The position numbers were made by a program, and so were the translations under genes. The notes under the pieces were generated by a model that did not search any database, was not told the DNA's origin, and saw only the letters and a program-made list of their open reading frames with translations. A DNA stretch of 13,931 bases from a bacterium (GTDB lineage Bacteria; Arandabacterota; Arandabacteria; Arandabacterales; JALGWA01): positions 1 to 13,931 of the forward strand of contig JASFEA010000085.1 in the NCBI GenBank assembly GCA_050125095.1. The letters run 5' to 3'. This document shows positions 7,776-13,931 of the stretch, in pieces; position 1 is the first letter of the stretch, and each line of letters begins with the position of its first letter.

Positions 7776-9164
7776 CTAGGACTTCACCTCGGACGCATCG
7801 CTCGTCTCCGACCGGCCCTCCCGTTCCTCGGCCAGCTTGGCGACGAAACTCGTATCGAACCTGCCGGACCTGAAGACCTCGCTGTCCAGGGCCATGATAT
7901 GGAACGGAATCGTTGTCTTCACTCCCTCAACGACGAACTCATCGAGTGCGCGAAGCATGCGCGCTATGCACTCGTCGCGCGTCGGGGCATGCGCCACGAG
8001 CTTGGCGATAAGCGAGTCGTAGAAAGGAGGTATTTCGTACTGGGCGTACACATGGGTGTCAACCCTTATTCCGGGCCCGCCCGGGATGTTTACCGCGCTC
8101 AGCATGCCCGGACAGGGCGCGAAATCGCGGTCCACGTCTTCCGCGTTTATCCTGCACTCTATGGCGTGGCCCTCGAGGCGCACGTCTTTCTGTTTTATCG
8201 AAAGCGGCTGGCCCGCCCCGATTCTTATCTGCTCCTTTATGATGTCCACCCCGGTGACCATCTCCGTGACCGGATGCTCGACCTGCACGCGCGCGTTCAT
8301 CTCGATGAAGCAGAAGCTCCCTTCCGCGTCCATGAGGAACTCGACAGTGCCGGCGCTGTCGTAGCCCACCGACAGGGCTCCGCGCACCGCCGCCTCGCCG
8401 AGCTTCCGCCTCAGGTCCTCGTTCACTGCGGGCGACGGGCTCTCCTCGATGAGCTTCTGATGCTTCCTCTGCACCGAGCAGTCCCTCTCGCCCAGGTAGA
8501 CGCCGTTGCCATGTGAATCGCAGAGTATCTGGATTTCGATATGTCTCGGCTGGGCGACGAATTTCTCTATATAGAGTTCCCTGTTCCCAAAACTGGCTTC
8601 GGCCTCTGTCCCCGCGGCTTCGAAGCCCTTCTTGAGCTCCTCGTCATTGTAGGCTATGCGCATCCCCTTGCCGCCGCCGCCGCCCGACGCCTTGACCATA
8701 ACCGGGTAACCGATCTCGGCCGTGACCGCCAGGGCCTCCTCGACGCCGCTCACGGCGCCCATGCTTCCCGACACGGCCGGCACATGGGCCTGAAGCATGG
8801 CGGCCCTGGCTCTCGCCTTGTCGCCCATGCGGGCGATGACGTCGGGTTTGGGGCCTATGAACCTGATGCCGCTCTCGTCGCAGGCCTCGGCGAAGTCCGC
8901 ATTCTCGGCGAGAAAACCGTACCCGGGGTGAATGGCTTCGGCGCCAGTGACTTCAGCCGCGCTTATGATGCGGGGAACATTGAGATAGGACTCCGTGGGG
9001 CGGCCGGGCCCGATGCACACGATCTCGTCGGCGAACCTGACATGCAGGCTGTCCCGGTCGGCTTCCGAATAGACCGCCACCGTGCCGATTCCCATTTCCT
9101 TGCACGCGCGGATAATGCGGAGGGCTATTTCGCCCCTGTTGGCGATCAGTATCTTCTTGAACAT
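7776..9164 (-). CDS. accC: acetyl-CoA carboxylase biotin carboxylase subunit
   Basis: KILIANRGEIA, IHPGYGFLAEN, KASGGGGGKGMR, ERDCSVQR.HQKL.EE, EMNARVQVEHPVTE, ECRINAED, YDSLIAKL motifs. Confidence 0.97.
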   Translation of the reverse strand: MFKKILIANRGEIALRIIRACKEMGIGTVAVYSEADRDSLHVRFADEIVCIGPGRPTESYLNVPRIISAAEVTGAEAIHPGYGFLAENADFAEACDESGIRFIGPKPDVIARMGDKARARAAMLQAHVPAVSGSMGAVSGVEEALAVTAEIGYPVMVKASGGGGGKGMRIAYNDEELKKGFEAAGTEAEASFGNRELYIEKFVAQPRHIEIQILCDSHGNGVYLGERDCSVQRKHQKLIEESPSPAVNEDLRRKLGEAAVRGALSVGYDSAGTVEFLMDAEGSFCFIEMNARVQVEHPVTEMVTGVDIIKEQIRIGAGQPLSIKQKDVRLEGHAIECRINAEDVDRDFAPCPGMLSAVNIPGGPGIRVDTHVYAQYEIPPFYDSLIAKLVAHAPTRDECIARMLRALDEFVVEGVKTTIPFHIMALDSEVFRSGRFDTSFVAKLAEEREGRSETSDASEVKS

Positions 9165-9177
9165 GATTGCAACCCGA

Positions 9178-10269
9178 TCAGGGCGTCCAGGACACGTCCG
9201 TTCCGGCCTCGATGCCCTTGACCTTGATCTGAAGCTCCGTCGGACTCGACGCGAACCGCAATGCGTCGTCCAGCGTTATCTTGCCGTCATTGTAAAGGTT
9301 CAATAGCGACTGGTCAAACGATTGCATGCCGTATTCCGACGTGCTCTCCTCAATGATGCCCTTTATAAGCGGCGTCTTTTCAGCGTCGAGAAGATACTCC
9401 TTTATCGTCCCGGTTGCAATCATAACTTCTATAGCGGGGATTCTTCCCTTGGTATCAGCCCTGGGAACGAGACGCATCGAGATGATGGCCTCGAGGCAGC
9501 TGGCCATCAGGAAGCGGATCTCCTGCTGCTGGTTCAAGGGGAAGAACGAGATGACCCTGTTGATCGCCTGAGAGGCGTCCGTGGTGTGGAGCGTCGAGAA
9601 CACCAGGTGCCCGGTGTTGGCCGCCGTCAGCGCGATGGCCATGGTGGGTTGGTCACGGATCTCGCCTACCAGAATGACGTCGGGGTCCTGCCTCAATATA
9701 TGCTTGAGCGCGCCGTGGAAGGACTCCGTGTCGCTTCCTATCTCGCGCTGGCTGATCATGGAGAGGTTGTCGCGGTGGAGAAACTCCACGGGGTCCTCGA
9801 TAGTAATGATGTTCTTCCTCATCGTCTCATTGATCTCGCGGATCATCGAGGCGAGCGTCGTCGACTTGCCCGAACCGACCGTGCCCGTCACAAGCACCAG
9901 TCCCCTCGGCTTCTTGGAGAGTTCCCTGATCACCGGGGGCAGGTTGAGGGTTTCGAACTTGGGGGCGTCAAACGGAATTGTCCTGAAGACCATGGCCGTC
10001 GAGCCCCTCTGCCTGTAAAAGTTGGCCCTGAAACGGGCCAGACCGGGCACGCCGAAAGCGAAGTCGACTTCATTGGTCTCCATGAAGATGCGCTTCTGCC
10101 TGGGCGTCAGGATATTGTCGCATTCGGCGTCGACTTCCTCCCCCGTGGGCGGGGGAACCTTGAAGGGAACAAGCTGACCGTCGACTCGCATCGTCGGCGC
10201 CGTGCCGACCTTAATGTGAAGGTCCGAGCCGTTGTGTTTCACCATCTCCTGCAGAAGCTCTCTAACCAA
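9178..10269 (-). CDS. pilT: PilT/PilU-family type IV pilus retraction-type ATPase
   Basis: GSDLHI, RVDG.L, EVDFAF, RFRANFYRQRG, Walker A GTVGSGKSTT, TIEDPVEF, QREIGSDT, Walker B LRQDPDVILVGEIRD, His box TGHLVFSTLHT, GMQSFDQSL. TTG at 10269 preferred as start (AGGAGGTG 6 nt upstream); the ORF track starts at GTG 10278. PilT versus PilU subfamily is uncertain. Confidence 0.9.
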   Translation of the reverse strand: MVRELLQEMVKHNGSDLHIKVGTAPTMRVDGQLVPFKVPPPTGEEVDAECDNILTPRQKRIFMETNEVDFAFGVPGLARFRANFYRQRGSTAMVFRTIPFDAPKFETLNLPPVIRELSKKPRGLVLVTGTVGSGKSTTLASMIREINETMRKNIITIEDPVEFLHRDNLSMISQREIGSDTESFHGALKHILRQDPDVILVGEIRDQPTMAIALTAANTGHLVFSTLHTTDASQAINRVISFFPLNQQQEIRFLMASCLEAIISMRLVPRADTKGRIPAIEVMIATGTIKEYLLDAEKTPLIKGIIEESTSEYGMQSFDQSLLNLYNDGKITLDDALRFASSPTELQIKVKGIEAGTDVSWTP

Positions 10270-10281
10270 GAAGCCCACCTC

Positions 10282-10725
10282 CTAGGAGGGTTTCACCAGG
10301 AACAGAGTCTGCCCGTACTCGACCGGCTGCTCATTCTCGACCATGAACTTCTCGATCGTGCCCGCGACATCGGCTTCGATCTCGTTCATCAGTTTCATGG
10401 CCTCGATGAGGCAGACCACCTGGCCCGGCGTCACCCTTTCGCCAACCTGCACGTAGGGCTGCGCTCCCGGGCTCGGCGCCCGGTAGAACGTGCCCACCAT
10501 GGGTGACTTGAATTCGACTAAGTTTTCCAGGGCGGCGGCTTCCTCGTTGGCCACCGCCGGAGGAGCAGGAGCTGCCGTCTCCACGACATGGGCGCCCCCT
10601 GGAGCGGATCCGGCGGACCGGCGCTTGGAGATTCGCACCTTGGTCCACCACTTCCGGACCTCAAGCTCCTCTATTTCACTTAGTTCGACAATTTTGATGA
10701 GCTTCTTGATATAAGATATCTTCAT
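10282..10725 (-). CDS. accB: acetyl-CoA carboxylase biotin carboxyl carrier protein
   Basis: IKKLI...E.S.I.ELE N-terminus, Ala/Pro linker, [14 protein letters not shown], biotinylation motif [18 protein letters not shown]. Confidence 0.97.
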   Translation of the reverse strand: MKISYIKKLIKIVELSEIEELEVRKWWTKVRISKRRSAGSAPGGAHVVETAAPAPPAVANEEAAALENLVEFKSPMVGTFYRAPSPGAQPYVQVGERVTPGQVVCLIEAMKLMNEIEADVAGTIEKFMVENEQPVEYGQTLFLVKPS

Positions 10726-10728
10726 GGC

Positions 10729-11286
10729 TCACACCCTTGATACATAGGCCTTTGTCCTGGTATCCACCCTCACAACGTCTCCAACGCTGACAAAGAGCGG
10801 CACCTGTATGACCGCCCCCGTTTCCAGGGTGGCCGGCTTATTTCCTCCCGAGACGGTGTCGCCCTTTATGCCGGGCGCGGTTTCCGTAACCTCCAGGTCC
10901 ACGAAGTTGGGAGGCTCCACCGCAACGGGATTATTCCCCTGCATGAGAACGCTGACCGAATCGCTCTCCTTTATGAAAGGCATAACGTCCTCGACCATGG
11001 TCGAGGGCAGGCTTATCTGCTCGTAGGTCTCGCCGTGCATGAAGAAGAAGTCGTCTCCGGTCGAGTAAAGGTACTGCATCGACACTTCATCCAGCCGGAC
11101 ATCGTTTACCTTCTCCCCGGCGTTCCAGGTCTTCTCTATCACCTTGCCGGTCACGACGTTCTTGAGTTTGGACCTTACGAAGGCCCCGCCCTTGCCGGGC
11201 TTTACGTGCATGAACTCGACGATCCTGAACAGATTGCCGTCGACCTCAAGCGCCATACCGTTCCTGAAATCATTCGTTGTAGCCAC
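10729..11286 (-). CDS. efp: elongation factor P
   Basis: HVKPGKGGAFVR.KLKN, MQYLY, ETYEQ, PG.KGDT.SGG.KPATLETG..IQVPLFV..GD...VDTR; AGGAG RBS upstream of GTG start. Confidence 0.98.
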   Translation of the reverse strand: MATTNDFRNGMALEVDGNLFRIVEFMHVKPGKGGAFVRSKLKNVVTGKVIEKTWNAGEKVNDVRLDEVSMQYLYSTGDDFFFMHGETYEQISLPSTMVEDVMPFIKESDSVSVLMQGNNPVAVEPPNFVDLEVTETAPGIKGDTVSGGNKPATLETGAVIQVPLFVSVGDVVRVDTRTKAYVSRV

Positions 11287-11301
11287 ACCTTACTCCTGCT
11301 T

Positions 11302-12369
11302 CTACACTCCCAGTCTGAGAAGGTCCTTAATCGAAGATGTCAGGTTCCTCGACCCTCCCTCCTCTATCACGACATCGTCCTCTATTCTCACGCCGCCCCA
11401 GCCTGCAATGTATATCCCGGGCTCCACCGTAACGATCATGCCGGGCACAAGCACGTCCTCGGTCTTTGCGGACAGCCGGGGGGCCTCGTGTACCTGCAGC
11501 CCTATGCCGTGGCCGAGCCCGTGACCGAACTCGTCGCCGTATCCCTTCTCCGCGATGAAGTCGCGGGCCACCGCGTCGGCCTCTCTGCCCGTCATACCGG
11601 CCCTGATCTCCTTGATTGCCGCCTTCTGCGCGCCCAGCACTATGTCGTATATCTCCTGCTGCCTGTCGGTGGGTTCCCCCAGCACTACGGTACGGGTCAT
11701 GTCGGCGCAGTAGCCGTTCCACATCGCGCCGAAGTCCATGGTCACCAGATCGCCCAGCTCCAGTCGCCGGTCCGAGGGATGGGCATGCGGCAGCGCCCCG
11801 CGCTTCCCGCCCGCCACAATGGTTCTGAAGGCCGGGAGGTCCCCCGAGCCCGTCATGAGAAGGTAGTCTATTCGCGCCGCAGCCTCAATCTCGGTCATAC
11901 CCGGCCTTATCTCCCCGGCAAACAGGGCAAAGACCTCATCCGTTATTTTGGCCGCCTCTGCAATCCAGCCGGTCTCCTCCTTGTCCTTGACCGCCCTCTG
12001 CTTCTCGGGCATGCCCTCGACGGCGATGAGATTGCCGTCGGCCCTGGCGTTTATCTTCTCGTAGGAAGAGAAGGCCAGCGAGCCCGCCTCGAAGCCTATT
12101 TTGCCGGTGAAAGCCTCGACGACGTCCCCTACGGCCGTGAGGGCGTCGCGCTTGTCGATCCGGACCTCTACTCCCTTGTAGGCCTCGCTGTGGGCCTGCT
12201 CGTCATAGCGGAAGTCGGTAATCAGGGTGGCGTCGTCGCGGCTTACGAACATGGAGGCCGCCGAGCCCGTAAATCCTGAGAGATATCTTATGTTGAATAT
12301 GTCGGTTATGACGAAGCCGTCCAGCTCCGTCGAGGCCATTTTTTCCCTGAATTTCTTGAGGCGGTCCAT
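11302..12369 (-). CDS. Xaa-Pro aminopeptidase / prolidase (M24B family)
   Basis: NIRYLSGFTGS and TDFRY N-domain; ALPH, DFGA..NGYCADMTRT, HGLGHGIGLQVHE, TVEPGIY, GVRIEDD metal-ligand motifs; upstream of efp as in the Bacillus yqhT-efp arrangement. Confidence 0.95.
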   Translation of the reverse strand: MDRLKKFREKMASTELDGFVITDIFNIRYLSGFTGSAASMFVSRDDATLITDFRYDEQAHSEAYKGVEVRIDKRDALTAVGDVVEAFTGKIGFEAGSLAFSSYEKINARADGNLIAVEGMPEKQRAVKDKEETGWIAEAAKITDEVFALFAGEIRPGMTEIEAAARIDYLLMTGSGDLPAFRTIVAGGKRGALPHAHPSDRRLELGDLVTMDFGAMWNGYCADMTRTVVLGEPTDRQQEIYDIVLGAQKAAIKEIRAGMTGREADAVARDFIAEKGYGDEFGHGLGHGIGLQVHEAPRLSAKTEDVLVPGMIVTVEPGIYIAGWGGVRIEDDVVIEEGGSRNLTSSIKDLLRLGV

Positions 12370-12398
12370 AGAGGCTCCCTTCTCACCAGCGAGAAGCC

Positions 12399-12427
12399 AA
12401 GCTAACAGAGCAAAACAGCCGTGTCAA
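12399..12427 (-). promoter_or_regulatory. putative sigma70-type promoter for the peptidase-efp-accB-pilT-accC-comB unit
   Basis: Minus strand TTGACA (12427-12422), 17-nt spacer, TAGCTT (12404-12399) preceded by extended -10 TGn; GAAGGGAG RBS before the ATG at 12369. Confidence 0.65.
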
Positions 12428-12451
12428 TATGTATCGCTTCGGCCCGCCCCG

Positions 12452-13456
12452 TCAGCCGCCGCAGGAGCACCTGAAGGTGACCAGTATGGCCTCCAACTCC
12501 CGCATGAGGGGGAGCTTGTCGAAGCCGGGGGCGAAGACGGCGGCGTCTATGAAGTAGTTGCGCCCGCAGTCCGGGCAGGTGAAGCAGTAGGAGGTGAATG
12601 AGCCGCCTATGACATACTTCTTATTCTCCCAGGTGCCGGTGAGATGAACGGCGGGGACTCCTCCGAAGGTGGCCCGGGATATCTCAAGGGCGTCTTCGAC
12701 TATCTCGTCCTCATCCCAGTACTTCCAGGCGAGCATCTTCTTTCTCTCGAGGCAGGTGGCTTCGGGTTCGCCCCAGTCGCCGTCTTCCCAGTAAACGGGT
12801 ATCATTCTGGCGGGCTTGTCCTGCAGTATCTTGATGACGCGCTCCGTGGCGTATTTCTCGTCCACCTCATAGCGCGGGGGAAGCCTCAGAGTCCAGCCGT
12901 AAGTCGCGGCCAGCCTCTCGGTTATGAGTTCCTGCTCGCCGGCGTTGAAGAGCGCGCGGTTCAGCCGGGCCTGCACCACTCTCTCGATGTATTTGAATAT
13001 CTCCTCCGACCGGGCTGCGATGACCTCGCCCAGGGCGGCTTTCGTGGGGGCCGCGATACCCACCACGACCTGTCCCATGGCCCACCTGTCCTCCCGGTGG
13101 AATATGGCGGTCCTGCCTGCGCGCACGTCTTCCCTGGCCTGGCCGGCGAGGTCGAGTATGGTCCTGGAAAGGCTGTTTTCCGGCTCCAGAAAGTCGATGA
13201 CCACGATGTTCTTGCGGCTGTCGTGGTTCTTGACGTCGCCGGTCGTGACGAGAGTGACGTCGTAGGCGCGCTCATACTGCACGGTCACGATCTCGCGCTC
13301 CAGGGATGCGGCGAGGTCCTTCGCGATCTCTTCGCACCTGGGCGTTGTCACAATGGTAATGCCGCTGTTCGAGCCGAAAGCGGCGATCATCTGTTCCTGG
13401 CAGGAAAGCGCCAGGACGCATGAAAGCGAAACGACGAGGACAAGCGCTTTTCTCAT
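12452..13456 (-). CDS. DUF4837-like lipoprotein
   Basis: Signal peptide MRKALVLVVSLSCVLALS-C with lipobox-like Cys19; DRWAMGQVV, GTWEN....GGSF.SY and FAPG.DK..MRELEAIL.TF resemble DUF4837 motifs; AGGAG RBS upstream. Confidence 0.72.
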   Translation of the reverse strand: MRKALVLVVSLSCVLALSCQEQMIAAFGSNSGITIVTTPRCEEIAKDLAASLEREIVTVQYERAYDVTLVTTGDVKNHDSRKNIVVIDFLEPENSLSRTILDLAGQAREDVRAGRTAIFHREDRWAMGQVVVGIAAPTKAALGEVIAARSEEIFKYIERVVQARLNRALFNAGEQELITERLAATYGWTLRLPPRYEVDEKYATERVIKILQDKPARMIPVYWEDGDWGEPEATCLERKKMLAWKYWDEDEIVEDALEISRATFGGVPAVHLTGTWENKKYVIGGSFTSYCFTCPDCGRNYFIDAAVFAPGFDKLPLMRELEAILVTFRCSCGG

Positions 13457-13482
13457 CTCGGTCTCCTAGGTTAGACGCGTCT

Positions 13483-13510
13483 ATTATGAAAAGAAAGCCG
13501 CCGGTGTCAA
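13483..13510 (-). promoter_or_regulatory. putative sigma70-type promoter for the lipoprotein gene, overlapping the upstream terminator
   Basis: Minus strand TTGACA (13510-13505), 16-nt spacer, CATAAT (13488-13483), about 27 nt upstream of the ATG at 13456. Confidence 0.62.
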
Positions 13511-13528
13511 GGTCAAAACCGGCGGCTT
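13489..13528 (-). terminator. intrinsic (rho-independent) terminator after the PDZ gene
   Basis: Perfect 11-bp inverted repeat AAGCCGCCGGT (13495-13505) / ACCGGCGGCTT (13518-13528) with a 12-nt loop; on the minus strand the stem runs into TTTCTTTT; 18 nt downstream of the stop at 13547. Confidence 0.75.
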
Positions 13529-13546
13529 GCGATGAGGCGGAGTACC

Positions 13547-13931
13547 CTAACGGGCCTCCCTAAGACGTTTGAGTTCCTTCTCCATCCGATCGATTTCACG
13601 CTGAATCATCTCTATGCGGATGTCTATTTCCTCAGGCTGCACCATGAATTGAGCCTGCCGCAGCTGCTCCGGAGAGCGGCTGGCTATGCGCACGTTCTCG
13701 TCTATTTGTCGACTGCCCCTCTTGAATGTGATATTCACGAGGCTCCCCGGCGCAGACGATGACACCCTGTCCCGCAGGGAGGCCGACGTAAGCACGGTTT
13801 CGGAGCCGAATCTCCATATGATATCGCCCGCCTCGAGCCCTATCGACTCGGCGGGGCTTCCCGGCACGACGCTCGTGACCACAACGCCTTCTATCGTCTC
13901 GATCCCGCCTCCCTCTTCGTCGCCGGCAATG
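13547..13931 (-). CDS. PDZ-domain protein, C-terminal part (possibly HtrA/DegP-like protease); 5' end outside window
   Basis: Frame stays open to the right edge (IAGDEEGGGIETIEGVVVTSVVPGSPAESIGLEAGDIIWRFG...). GVVVTSV.PGSPA..IGL..GDII and V.ITFKRG are typical of HtrA-type PDZ domains. No protease domain is visible in the window. Confidence 0.75.
   Translation of the reverse strand, partial: IAGDEEGGGIETIEGVVVTSVVPGSPAESIGLEAGDIIWRFGSETVLTSASLRDRVSSSAPGSLVNITFKRGSRQIDENVRIASRSPEQLRQAQFMVQPEEIDIRIEMIQREIDRMEKELKRLREAR

Noticed and set aside
9163..9423. 12-bp inverted repeat ATGATTGCAACC (9163-9174, at the accC start) / GGTTGCAATCAT (9412-9423, inside pilT)
   Set aside because: Arms are about 240 nt apart and 12-bp matches are expected by chance in a 14-kb window; no support for element ends or a regulatory pairing.
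7775..13470. CCTAGG at three gene boundaries (7775-7780, 10281-10286, 13465-13470)
   Set aside because: Explained by TAG stops and AGGAG RBS sequences; it does not flank pilT on both sides, so it is not a target-site duplication.
32..13762. Many long plus-strand ORFs (e.g. 32-814, 980-1726, 3508-4389, 9322-10506, 11035-12279, 12644-13423)
   Set aside because: They lie antisense to well-supported minus-strand genes, show no recognisable motifs, and are expected shadow ORFs in GC-rich DNA.

Overview
GC-rich bacterial chromosomal window of mostly housekeeping genes, all on the minus strand. In transcription order (right to left): 3' end of a PDZ-domain protein (cut by the window edge); an intrinsic terminator overlapping a sigma70-like promoter; DUF4837-like lipoprotein; promoter; Xaa-Pro aminopeptidase, efp, accB, PilT/PilU-family ATPase, accC, ComB-like phosphatase; short spacer; stand-alone ThiD2-domain protein, thiE, ftsK, divergent rimO; promoter; a large DUF2723/TMEM260-like membrane glycosyltransferase with C-terminal TPRs that runs off the left edge and is absent from the ORF track. 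No RNA genes, CRISPR arrays or mobile elements were recognised. The most unusual points are an orphan pilus-retraction-type ATPase wedged between accB and accC with its RBS inside a palindrome at the accB stop, the TMEM260-like protein, and a RimO with several altered signature motifs. All family calls are from motif recognition by eye; no searches were run.
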